From the NCBI GenBank assembly GCA_951406725.2, contig OX597832.1, forward strand, positions 10,044,001-10,108,000: DNA of 64,000 nt. Direction: 5' to 3'. Positions within the stretch are counted from its first letter, which is position 1. The number at the start of each line of letters is the position of its first letter. A program made the position numbers and the translations under genes. Shown one piece after another: positions 43,422-55,884 of the stretch. The notes beneath the pieces were generated by a model that was not told where the DNA came from, made no database searches, and saw only the letters and a program-made list of their open reading frames with translations. This stretch comes from Octopus vulgaris. Lineage: Eukaryota.

Positions 43422-43944
43422 GTACTTCTTCGGAATTATGCTCCCCCACATAACTTTTGAACCAGCTTTTTTTTCATATTTAAAAGATTTTTTCAAATCC
43501 CTATGTTTTCGATATCTGAGATTACGATATACCAAAAAGAACTCCCGTCCCAATTTGTTTGCTTTGTTTACAGTTGACAAAACGAGTTGTTACGCACAGA
43601 ATGACAGCTTCCAAATCCTGTTTCCTGATTCTATAGCTTTTTTAAAAACATTCAAATAACTTAGTGGAACGGATCACGTTTTCCAGAAAAAAAAAGTTTT
43701 TACTTAGCTATAGAGATTTAAAGTTTGATAATTTCATGCAATCAGAAGCAGGATTTGGAAGCTGAAATTGTGTGCATGTGAGGCACGTCTTGTCAACTGT
43801 AAACAAAGCAAATAAATATGTGGGGTGGGTTTGAAATTATTATTATTTTTATTACTTTTTTTTTTTGCTAAATCGTAAGCACCAATATCGAAAATTACTG
43901 GTTCAAAGGTTATGGGAAGTGGATTGGGAATTCCGAAGAGGTAC
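43422..43944. mobile_element. MITE-like element with long imperfect TIRs
   Basis: Ends GTACTTCTTCGGAATT / AATTCCGAAGAGGTAC. Internal arms TTTGCTTTGTTTACAGTTGACAA / TTGTCAACTGTAAACAAAGCAAA and CAGCTTCCAAATCCTG / CAGGATTTGGAAGCTG. Confidence 0.8.
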
Positions 43945-44469
43945 GTTTTTTTCTTATATCATACCCGCCTAGTTACTGATAAATTGAGATAAGATTGATT
44001 CGTTATTATTTACTTTTTTGAAGAAGATCTATTTATATTAGAAAATTTCTACTGCTCGGAACCTATCAATACTGATAATGAACTTCACTCATCCTCAACA
44101 AGGATTTGTCGCCTGAAAGTGTTTCTCATTACTCCAATATTAAACAAAAACAAAACTTCAAGTATGCCGTTTTCAGAAACAGAAATTATTTTAAATAATT
44201 TTGAAGATTTCGCAGGGAAAATCAACATCGCCTTGTAAACACATTCTAATAAAACTGTTTATGAACTAAGACACCCATAAATTTCAATGCATCACATGGT
44301 TACCAATAAATTGCATGCGGTTCCGTTCATGGAAATAATCAGCACCTGCATGAATATTGCATGAATATTATTTTAATCTACAAAATCGGATGTCGCAGCA
44401 GGTTACATGCATCTATACGTACATTGGTACATACACAGTATCACATGCATACATAAAATAAATAAATGC

Positions 44470-44690
44470 ACCCTTTTCAAGCCTAGTCAGGCTCATGGAC
44501 CCAGTTTCCCGTTTCCTATGGCGTATGTGTTCCCCAGCTGGACGGGACGCCAGTCCATCGCAGCGTTACTCACTTTTGCCAGCTTAGTGAACTGAAATAA
44601 CGTGAAATGAAGTGTTTTGCTCAAGAACACAACGCGTCGCCCGGTCCAGCAATCGAAACCACAATCTTACGATCATGGTACTGACACGCA
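44470..44690 (-). mobile_element. tRNA-derived SINE fragment
   Basis: Minus strand has B-box-like GGTTTCGATTGC then GCGTTGTGTTCTTGAGCAAAACACTTCATTTC; related to 14165. Confidence 0.7.
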
Positions 44691-45583
44691 CCTCCACACA
44701 TGCATCCATACATGTAATGGATATACATACATACATACATACATACATATGCACCCCCCCACACATATATATATATAGACCATTTGCGAACATAATGCTG
44801 GAAATGATGTTTCCTGGACTAAACAACACTAGCAATCTTCCTCGCTAGGATAGCCCCATTATGTTGTTAAAAAGCCTTTAGTTTAGTTTAAATAACTCTT
44901 AATGAATATCTCTTTTTGAGATATTTAGAAATAATAATGTTTCTATTTATTAGATTAGTGATTGTATGTCACTTGGAAAAGTATACATTTTCGACAGAGA
45001 ATTCATCTACTCTGTGTTGATGAAGCGTAATAACCCAGAAACCGCTTCAGAGATGTTGGTCTGTGCTGGATGGAAGCGCTGGACTCCACGTTCGAAAATA
45101 TAAGGACACAGATATTGAGTCATATAGCCAACTGGAAATGATATCAGCTGGCGATAAACAACAGTAACAATGATCCCTTCTAGGACAGCCACATTATATT
45201 CTCAAATAGTCTTTACTTTAAAGAACTGTTACTGAATATATCTCTTTAAGAGATTTAGAAATAAGAATGTTTATCTCTCCCTCTTTCTTTATATATATAA
45301 AGAGAGAGAGAGAGAGGAAGTTATATGCATGTAATATATATATGTATATATATATTTGTGTACGGGCGCGTGTATGCGTACGTGTTTATGCGTAGGAGCA
45401 TAACAGCTTGACAATCGGGGTTGGCGTATTTACTTACACTAGAACTAGAATAATTATTAGGTTTAATTAAATAAGTACTGGCGTCAGTTTAATGCAGTTC
45501 TATATTTAAGAGATGAAGAATTATATACGTTATTTACATTATTTACATTTGACAGATATTTGTCCTCCTCTTGTTTGTTGTTA

Positions 45584-45627
45584 ACACAACTTTTCGGCTG
45601 ATATACCCTTAAGCCTTCATCAGGTGT
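45584..45627 (-). ncRNA. minimal hammerhead motif in a short repeat next to (TAA)n
   Basis: Minus strand: ACAC CUGAUGA AGGCU..AGCC GAAA(A) GUU GUGU. Stem I ACAC/GUGU, stem II GGCU/AGCC, C>A change in stem III. Confidence 0.7.
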
Positions 45628-45686
45628 CTTGGGGAAATTTTGAAACTGTTCTAATTCCTAAGATATTTTTCAATGTTATTACTACT

Positions 45687-45768
<82 letters not shown>

Positions 45769-45850
45769 CAACAACAACAACAACAACAACAACGTCGACA
45801 GTATGGCGACAGTCAAATGACTCAATAAAATAAAATAAAAAAAATAAAAG

Positions 45851-45887
<37 letters not shown>

Positions 45888-46475
45888 GGGGAATATGTAT
45901 ATATATACTGTATATATATACAATATTATAATACAGTATGTTATTATAAGATGTATATTATTATGTATAGTACTTTCATATCTATCTCCTTTTCTTTTAC
46001 TCGCTCACGATGTCTCTGTTGCTTTTGCTTTCTCATTCCCCTTACCTTTTTCTGAATTACCCTTCTGCTCCAACAATTGTGATCCGTGGCATTTTAATTC
46101 CCCTCCCTAACATCCTCTTTTCACTTCACCACTGACTCGATCATTCACGCTCCTCACTTCATCTATATCTTTCTTTTACTTTCTTCACCGAATTTGTTCT
46201 TTTCTTTTAACCTTTCCTTGTTCATTTTCCTCGCTCCACTTTGCTTTCGCAGTGAAATTTTCATAAACTTTTGGACCAATTGACGAGGGAAGGGCATGTC
46301 TATGGCTTGTGTGTGAATTCTCTGTACATTCTTTTGCCGTGTTTCTATTTTAGCTTTTGAAATTCTCTCTCCTGCTTTCACATTTCTCCCTCTCTCTCTC
46401 TCTCACTATATGTATATATAGTATAATATAATATAATATAATATAACATAATATAATATAATATAATATAATATA

Positions 46476-46535
<60 letters not shown>

Positions 46536-47404
46536 CTCTGTGTGTGGGGGGGCCTGTACATTTAAGGTCCTGAGATGATAGATATTTGACTAATTTCAAA
46601 TGCAGCACTCATCCCCAGGTTTCGGCTATCTACATTCACGAGCTTATGTGAAAATCCAGATATCGCCAGATATGTGAAACGTAAAACTGAATCTAAATAT
46701 GAAAAAAAAAAGAGGAAGCTTTTTTTACATCTTCAATACGCAACGACAATTGTTGTTGTACGAACTCTGTTTGCAACACCAGATTGAAATATCACAGTGA
46801 CATTTCAAAACTGCATCAACTGTTTTGCTTTGTGTTTTACTTATATTGAGAGGAAACAAAAAGTACAAATAATAAATACGAACTAGAAAACAGATTGTGA
46901 AGATTCGGACGGGGCAAATACAATATCAAATCGAAAGCAGATAAAAGTAGAGTCGGGGACAAAGAAGAAGTAGAAGAACAAGGATCGTTCACTCATCTTT
47001 CTCTATCACTTGTTTTCGTCCTACCTTCTTCTCGTTCTCTTCATTCTCCTCAACGCCTCCTCCCCTCACGTCTTACGCTTCTACTACTTTTTTCATCCCC
47101 TAAGCCTACTTGCATCTGCTCTGGCATTGACATTTTATTTGCTGTGTCTTCTCCTTCAAGATTTTTATTTCTTTTCTTTTTTGTTTAAACTTTTTTGTAA
47201 AGCGCGCAGTCTGCTAAACTCACAGTGTAAAAGCACTCATTTGATGCATGCCTGAATATGTTCCACTACCATGTTTAGAAACACAAATATTACGTAAATT
47301 TTCACTTAGAGCTATTACACAAACTAGTGCTGAAGGAAGAGTTCATACACTTCGAACAGGGCATTAGAAATGTGATAAAAAAACGTTGTTTGCCTTCTTA
47401 TTTG

Positions 47405-47460
<56 letters not shown>

Positions 47461-47640
47461 TCTGATGCCTCAAAGGAAAGAGGATTATTTGAAGCCGACG
47501 TAATGCTTGCATTCATCGATTAAAATGGCATTATATATAATATAAGATGCAGAAATAATTCATTCTTAAACGCATGGCAATGATAATACAACAACATGAA
47601 GAGGATAAACTATCCATATATTTCAGAAATATTCGTTAAC

Positions 47641-47713
47641 GGCCAGCTAAGAAATTCGAACTCACATCCCTGTGATTACGCATCAAGTGCTTTACCTTCA
47701 AGCTAAATTGCCC
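47641..47713 (-). pseudogene. tRNA-like sequence (possible Thr-CGT-derived pseudogene or isolated SINE head)
   Basis: 73 nt GGGCAATTTAGCTTGAAGGTAAAGCACTTGATGCGTAATCACAGGGATGTGAGTTCGAATTTCTTAGCTGGCC. A box and GTTCGAAT B box present; acceptor and anticodon stems mismatched. Confidence 0.6.
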
Positions 47714-50089
47714 AGTAAGGAATTGTTGTGCAATCTGCAATTTTGACTACGCTGATGATTTACAGATACTTGCATCTTGCATTTTGCATTTTGCAAGTGT
47801 TAATAGTGAAATCATGATACGTAGGCAATCGTTTTATTTTGTAAATTTTCATATGCCTTGCTTATTTTTTACATTTTTGGCATTTTTTGTTTTTTTCCTT
47901 TCAGAACACTGTTTGTTGTAAGGCGATTTGACTTCTATTTCTATCGCATAGGATTTCCCTCTAGTGGTCATTCCACTTAATAATTGAAATATAATATTTA
48001 AATATTCGGATTTTTTATGAATATGTTTGACCACCGGTTCATATTCATGATAACTGATTGATATCAATTTCTATCCTCAGTGTTCTAATTTAAATATGTA
48101 TAGATATATATATGGGCAACACGCACACACATACGCACGAACGTACGTACACCTATTGCATACATGTTTTTTACGCATACTTGTTCGTGTGTGTGTGTGT
48201 GTGTGTACGTGTGTGTGTGTGTGTTGCCGGTATATCAACAAAAACGTTTTTGCTTGATGGAAAAAACAACAAAAGGCTTAACAAAAACTTACTCGTCGTT
48301 AGAAGGGGAGTTAATTCCTGTTTGCAACCCATGTTGATTTCTCCGACCTGGAAATTGTTAAAAGTTTTGGTTGAAAATATATTTTTACTGTTATTCGCTG
48401 GTGCCTCTGGTAAAAATAAGTTGACAAAAATACAGCTAGGATCATGACGATTGTCCTAAAATTGGAGCGACATGCGTGCTGATTTGTGGACGTGCATAAA
48501 TTACATTCCTGTACACACACACACACACACACACACATATCTAGCCATTTTTATATACATATATATTTTAATTGATTATAAATCAGTTGTTTTTCTGAAT
48601 AATAATCAGCAGAATATATTGAGTGACTCAAAGTTCGAGAATTTTAACGATAGGCCTATAGTTCTTTACGATTGAATCTAGTCTTATGACTATTGATAAA
48701 ATATTTTCATGAACTCGGTTATAATTATATCGTTTTTTTTTTCATTTGGGAAACATAATTATTTACTATTTTGTGCGAATAAAATGGACATAACATATTT
48801 CACTAGAAACCTCATGTAATTCAATTCCTCAATTATTCTGGCAGTACTAAGTTTCTCCATAAAAACATTACATCTCTTTCATATATTCAACATTAATTAT
48901 GAAGTTACAGAATTGCATGTAAACAGGTGAAAAGATTTGTACATTTGAGTTGTGCGAAATGAATATATACTTAAACAACTGTTGGTTTACGTATATTCGT
49001 ACAATATACATACATTACAACAAACACATACATATAGGCATGCGCGCACACACACACATATACAATACGTGGTATGATCAATAAGTATCCGGACAGATGC
49101 CATAGTAACGAAGATAAACAACTTGGGGGAAGCCGCTTGGCACAGATTACCAGGAGATATTTTGTGCATGTGCACTAAGTGTTAACGCTCTAGCTGACAA
49201 CTGTATCCTATACCGCGAACACGTACCATTTAAGTTGGAGTAGGGACATTATCTCACTTGCCCGATTTATAAGGATGTATTAGTACATCAACAAACATCT
49301 TGAAAAGAGTTTTCGTGAGGCTAAAAATGTAGTAGCACCGGCCTAATAAGGTGTCCCACTTTGCGTTAGCAAATGCCCTTTATTGTGTAGTACGGTTATA
49401 ACTAGTTTTTCGTTCAAATGTTTAAAACTAATTGCTTTTCTCCTTACGAGATCACCACTAAGCCTCGAACAAGGGTTAATGCTGCCATGTCTAGTCAACG
49501 GTTATCCTCTGTTGATGAAGAGAGATAAACCAGAAAACATTGATCTGCAGGTACCGTTTCAGGTTGAGTGAGACATTAGCTCCCTTGTTCGTCGTTGCAT
49601 AAGGAAGCTGCTGTGCGTCAATAGCCTGCTTGAAAATATGTATTCTTGGGTCTAAGAGATGTGGTAACACCGTCGAAGTAGACTTTAATATATATATATA
49701 TATATATATTAGAAGAAATGATATAATCAGAAGATCGGATGGTTTGTATTTACAGATATTTATTTATATATTACATTTTTTACATATATATCATATCACT
49801 TAGTTCATTAGCGCTTTCTCCCATTCTAGTGGGGTTTTCAAATGAAAATAAATTCCTTTGCTGCGGATTTTAATCATTTTATAGTTTCTTGTTGTGATGG
49901 GGAGGAATGTAAGACAGTACAAGAGGGTGAGGTCGATGAGGAGAAAGTGAGAGGGAGAACATGTGTGTATGTATGTGTGTGCGTGTGTGAGTTTGTGCGT
50001 GTGTTTGTATCTGAGGTTATTGCTAAAGAGAAAGAGGGGAAGGGAGAGGGAAGAAGAAGGAAAGAAGTTTTCTGGTCTGCTGGATAGGA

Positions 50090-50263
50090 TATTGACTCCA
50101 ATGGGGTTCTAATAATTTCAGTTTTGACCACCTCACAGTGTCATTGAGTGTGTGGTGGTGGGGAGGTAGGCCATACTATTGACTCCAAGGGGGTTCTAAG
50201 AACTTCAGCTTTGACCACTTCACAATGTCACTGAGTGTGTGGTGGCGAGGAGGTAAGCCATAA
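50090..50263 (+). repeat. about 87-bp tandem duplication
   Basis: TATTGACTCCAA..TTGACCAC..TGAGTGTGTGGTGG..GGAGGTA.GCCATA occurs twice. Confidence 0.88.
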
Positions 50264-50596
50264 ATTATATTTCCTTTTAACATTGTGGGGATGGTCAAAT
50301 GTCTTTTTGGGTTTTTAAGAATTCTTATCACATTGTATGATCGTTTTGTGGAGGTGTGTGTGTTTGTGTGTGTTTGTGTGTGTACGTGTGTGCATGTGCG
50401 TGTGACTGTGTGTTTGGAGAAGGAGAGAGAGACAAAAAAAAGAAAAAAAGAAAAATAAGAGAGGAAGGGGAAAAAGTTGCGTTGATATTTATACCACTAT
50501 ATACATATATACAAGCTTATACATGAAATATTTGAAAAAAAATTTTTATCGGTTCAAAATGAACAACTAAATTAAACCATCTATATATATATGTAT

Positions 50597-50620
50597 AGAT
50601 AGATAGATAGATAGATACAC

Positions 50621-50697
<77 letters not shown>

Positions 50698-50751
50698 TTA
50701 TAAGGTATCCAGCAATAAAGATTATAGGAAATTTCTACATTAAGTTAATAA

Positions 50752-50850
<99 letters not shown>

Positions 50851-50870
50851 TGTGTGTGTGTGTGTGTGTA
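50597..50870 (+). repeat. (GATA)n, (TA)n and (GT)n microsatellites
   Basis: Directly visible. Confidence 0.95.
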
Positions 50871-51429
50871 TAATTTTATTTAGGAAGCAAGGGCGAAAAA
50901 GAAGAACGACCTATATTTATCATGCTTGAAAATGCTGAAGCATTCAGATACTACCGAAAGACTCCAAAGTATTCGCGGATTGTAGGCGAGCTAGTGAAAC
51001 AACATTAAAAATATTTCACGTTAATTACGAACTGGGTCCAATTAACGTGAAATCTTTTTAGTATATATTCATTCACCCCACTAATGTTGGTGTATGCTGA
51101 CTACCAGATGAAATTCATTTATGTGATTTTATCCTTTAATTAATAAATAAAATGAAATAATATAATTATTTTTACTCGTAATCGGAATAGCAGTTTATGC
51201 GGATCTACTTCGATAATATACATCCGGTTATAGTGAAAAAGTATTAATTTTACTGTTCTTTGATCTGTGCATGTAAATATTTGTATAAGGTTGCGTGAAT
51301 CTGTTTTCTACGGTTATGCCTAATTATTTGTTGCTATATTTCTCGTGTATAGCATTGACGAAGGAAGAAATACAGTTTCTCACGGGTTTAATCAGAAATT
51401 GGATCCAATTACATTAACAATTAACTCTC

Positions 51430-51822
51430 TCTTTACTCTTTTACATGTTTCAGTCATTTGACTGCGGCCATGCTGGAGCACCGCCTTTAATCGAGCAACT
51501 CGACCACGGGACTCATTCTTTTGTAAGCCCAATACTTATTCTATCGGTCTCTTTTGCCGAACCGCTTAGTAACGGGGACATAAACACACCAGCATCGGTT
51601 ATCAAGCAATGCTAGGGGGACAAACACAGACACACATGCATATATATATACACATATATACGACGGGTTTCTTTTCAGTTTCCGTCTACCAAACGCACTC
51701 ACAAGGCTTTGGTCGGCCTGAGGCGATAGTAGAAGACACTTACCCAAGGTGCCACGCAGTGGGACTGAACCCAGAACCACGTGGTTGGTAAACAAGCTAC
51801 TTACCACACAGCCTCTCCTGCG
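51430..51822 (-). mobile_element. full-length tRNA-derived SINE (third family)
   Basis: Reverse complement of the copy at 55183. Head CGCAGGAG.GGCTGTGTGGTAAGTAGCTTG, tail GACTGAAACA.GTAAAAGAG, internal TA/CA microsatellite. Confidence 0.92.
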
Positions 51823-52699
51823 TTAAGTCTTTTAAAATATGTTTTTACTCATTCGCGTACAATCCGTGTACATTGTTGTGGTTTTTCGGTAGTATCACGC
51901 AGATACACGCAGACACACACGCGCACGCAGGCACACACATGCACATATATAAATGTATATACATATACACACATACATATATGTAATCCAATGTATATGT
52001 GTGCGCTCTGCAGGTGCACCCACAACATATATGAATTTGTGCTACGAATAAAAATCTGACTATTCTTCGCTCGCAGTGGGTCTCATGCGTCCTGTATTTG
52101 TCAGTTCAACGCACGAGGAGAGCAAGCTTACACGTAATTATCAAGATCTCATTTGTATTTTACCTACGTTTTTCAAAATCACTCCTTTTAATAGGAACAT
52201 AAGCTACCTTGTAATTAGCAACAAAGCATGCAGGCGAAAGAATAATAAACATATATGAATGCAAAACGTTATGGGAATTTCGAATTAATCCCCATAAATT
52301 CTTAAACGGAAATCGAAAAATATTTTCCATAAGTGCTTTTACATGAAAGAAACATAATATAAATATCTTGATTTTTTTAATAATACGATTAATGTTATGG
52401 AAGTGCATTTTTTAAGCTTTCAGTTACATTGTATAAAACCTTTATAAATATAATGTCAGAATAACAGGATACGCCACAACATAGAGAAATAACTTGCTTT
52501 CGAACTACTTAAAGTTATTGGCAAAAAAAGAACAAAGATAAATCTTGTAAGTTCGAACAAGCACTTTTTTAAAAAGTTAAGCACTTATTTCATTTGTTTA
52601 AATCTGTTTTGCTGTCATAAATTTAGGTGTAAAACACATTTTAATTAAATGTGAAAATGGGACTGATTAGCATATATATGTATAAATATTTTGTATATA

Positions 52700-52774
<75 letters not shown>

Positions 52775-52934
52775 ATATAAATATTATATAAATATATATA
52801 TATATCATAATATATAAATATTATATATATATATGTATATATAATATTTGTATATTTATATATTTATATATATATATAAATATATGCATATGCACACATA
52901 TCTATGCATATATACACAGATGTAATTACATACG

Positions 52935-52982
<48 letters not shown>

Positions 52983-53004
52983 TATATATATCTTTTACAT
53001 ATTC

Positions 53005-53222
53005 ATTCATTCTTTTACTTGTTTCAGTCATTTGTGTGAGACCATGCTGGTGAACCATTTTTAGTCGACCAAATTGACCACAGGACTTATTCTTTTATGC
53101 CTGGTACTAATTCAGTCGGTCTCTTTTGCCGAACAGCTAACACCAAAGCATCGGTTTTCAAGCGATGTTGGGTGGTGGACAAATAAACGTACACGAACAC
53201 ACACACATACACACACATATGT

Positions 53223-53282
<60 letters not shown>

Positions 53283-53425
53283 ACGATGGGCTTCTTTCAG
53301 TTTCTGTGTACGAAATACACTCATGACGCTTTGTACAGCCCGGGGCTAAAGTAAAAGGCAGTTGCCTAAGTTACCTCAGAACTATGTGGTTGGAAAGCAA
53401 GCTACTTACCACATAGCCACTCCAG
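53005..53425 (-). mobile_element. degenerate SINE, third family
   Basis: Shares blocks CTTTTACTTGTTTCAGTCATT, CGGTCTCTTTTGCCGAAC and GCTACTTACCACATAGCCACTCC. Confidence 0.85.
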
Positions 53426-53716
53426 TATATAAATTTCTGCGTTGCATAATATATGTCCCTGTAACTTAGCAGTTCGCGAAACGAACTAGTACAGTAGGAG
53501 CCATAAATAAATTTTGCTGTCAATTTATTCGACTATGACCCTACATAACTAGGACATAGCTATGACTCAGCGTGCCTCAAATTTAATGCCTTTACATGTT
53601 TATGCTTGTATTCGTGTAGGGCTGTACAGGTATACACATACACACTCATATATACATAGATGCATGCAGTCATACATAAATACACATACATGCATATATA
53701 TATATATACATATATA

Positions 53717-53910
53717 GGCGCAGGAGTGGCTATGTGGTAAGTAGCTTGCTAACCAGCCACATGGTTCCGGGTTCAGTCCCACTGCGTGGCAAAAGAGACC
53801 GATAGAGTAAGTAGTAGGCTTACAAAGAATAAGTCCCGGGGTCGAGTTGCTCAAATAAAGGCGGTGCTCCAGCACGGCCGCAGTCAAATGACTGAAACAA
53901 GTAAAAAAAA
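53717..53910 (+). mobile_element. internally deleted SINE, third family
   Basis: Head GGCGCAGGAGTGGC joined at GGCA microhomology to AAAGAGACCGATAG and the tail. Confidence 0.9.
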
Positions 53911-54136
53911 GAATACGTTTCTATTGTTGCTATTTACTGCAGTTGCTTTTAGAATTGAACATATTCTTAATGCTAAATCTCAAATAATTTGATTTCTTTT
54001 TTGGAATTCCAAATTTCTAAAAAAAATTTTCTTGCTTTAAATGTTTTTCTTTTGTTCTTTTTTTTTCTCTTCTATTGAATGAAATATTTCCAAATATATT
54101 AAATTGATGTAATTTTCATGTAAATATTTATTTCAG

Positions 54137-54280
54137 ATGATTTATTCTGTCATGGCGCCATCACATCAAAGAAGTCCTTCTCTCGTCATTCATCTTTTGA
54201 TAGTATTTGTGAAGTGGCTGAGAAAGAACGAACGAAATTGTTTTCTCAGCCTTCAACACCACTGAAGGAAAATAAGGCTG
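54137..54280 (+). CDS. internal coding exon of an unidentified host gene (144 nt, phase 1-1)
   Basis: Acceptor TTTATTTCAG|, donor G|GTAAGT, length divisible by 3. Open frame DLFCHGAITSKKSFSRHSSFDSICEVAEKERTKLFSQPSTPLKENKA; non-repetitive sequence. Confidence 0.7.
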
Positions 54281-54288
54281 GTAAGTTT

Positions 54289-54592
54289 AAGTCTTCTTCT
54301 ATAGCCCCGGGCCGACAAATGCCTTGTGAGTGTATTTGGTAGACGGAAACTGAAAGAAGCCTGTCGTATATATGCATATATATATATGTGTTTGTGTCTC
54401 TGTGTTTGTCCCCCTAGCATTGCTTGACAACCGATGCTAGTGTGTTAACGTCCCCGTCACTTAGCGGTTCGGCAAAAGACCCCGATATAATAAGTACTAG
54501 GCTTAAAAAGAATAAGTCCTGGGGTCGATTTGTTCGACTAAAGGCGGTGCTCCAGCATGGCCGCAGTTAAATAACTGAAACAAGTAAAAAAA
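54289..54592 (+). mobile_element. 5'-truncated SINE, third family
   Basis: Matches the 55183 copy from CTATAGCC..GGGCCGAC to the tail. Confidence 0.9.
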
Positions 54593-54664
54593 ACAATATA
54601 CTCTCTCTCTCTCTCACACACACACACATACACACACACACATATATATATATATATATGTATA

Positions 54665-54723
<59 letters not shown>

Positions 54724-55182
54724 AATTAGGCAAGTCGATATACCCTGAAATAAATGTAATACAGATGTATATAAGTTTACATTTAAAAAGTTTCCACTTA
54801 CACAGAATAGAAATAGTATCGAATTGAAAGGGGTTGAATATGAGTTTTACCAGTCCAACGCGTGTTCTTAGGACCATGGTGGTCGAAAATGGTGATTCTA
54901 AGAGGATTCTGTCATCGCATAATACTAGGGAAGCCGTTTTACACTTGTTGAGTTGACAGAGCATCACATTTGCAAAACTTCTTTTCTGAAGACGGAAGCA
55001 AATATTATCCGATGGGGTCTAGGTTAAATCACAATCATTATTGTGGACCACCAAGCCCCCAGTAACATTCGTTGGACTCGCAAATGCTTATTCAAACATT
55101 TTATTTCCTGATATTTCTATTATACATATAAACGTAAAAACATTTTTTTTTTGTATTAAATGTATTTAATATTTTTCGTATA

Positions 55183-55565
55183 GGCGCAGGAGTGGCATCT
55201 TGGGTAAGTAGCTTGTTTACCAGCCACATTGTTCCGCGTTCAGTCCCACTGTGTGGCATCTTGGGCCAGTGTCTTCTACTATAGCCTTGGGCCGACCAAA
55301 GCCTTGTGAGTGGATTTGGTAGATGGAAACTGAAAGAAGCCCGTCGTATATATGTGTGTGTGAGCTTGTATGTTTGTGTTTGTCCCCCTAGCATTGCTTG
55401 ACAACCGATGCTGGTGTGTTTACTTAGCGTTTCGGCAAAAGAGACCGATAGAATAAGTACTGGGCTTACAATGAATAAGTCCCGGGGTTGAGTTGCTCGA
55501 CTAAAGGCGGTACTCCAGCATGGCTGGAGTCAAATGACTAAAACAAGTAAAAGAATAAAAGAATA
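55183..55565 (+). mobile_element. full-length SINE, third family
   Basis: Head GGCGCAGGAGTGGC, B-box-like GTTCAGTCCC, tail AAACAAGTAAAAGAATAAAAGAATA. Confidence 0.92.
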
Positions 55566-55751
55566 CCGACTTCCGTGACTTGCTTATCCTTACATTTAAT
55601 CCTCTGCCCCCTCACTACGAAGTGTATTCTATACGGAGAATATCTATCTCTCATCTGGAAGCTATATACATTTAGAGATTGCAAAGATGGTGTCTCATTT
55701 TATTTAGCACACACACACTCACAACCCAACACACAAACACACACTCACACG

Positions 55752-55817
<66 letters not shown>

Positions 55818-55884
55818 TATAGGGACAGGGAGAGGGAAGGAGATAGAGAGAGAGGAAAGGAGAAGGAGAGAAAGAGAAAAGATG

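Noticed and set aside
51007-51059. Small hairpin TTTCACGTTAATT..AATTAACGTGAAA as a terminator or miRNA
   Set aside because: Short AT-rich inverted duplication inside decayed repeat DNA with no further support.
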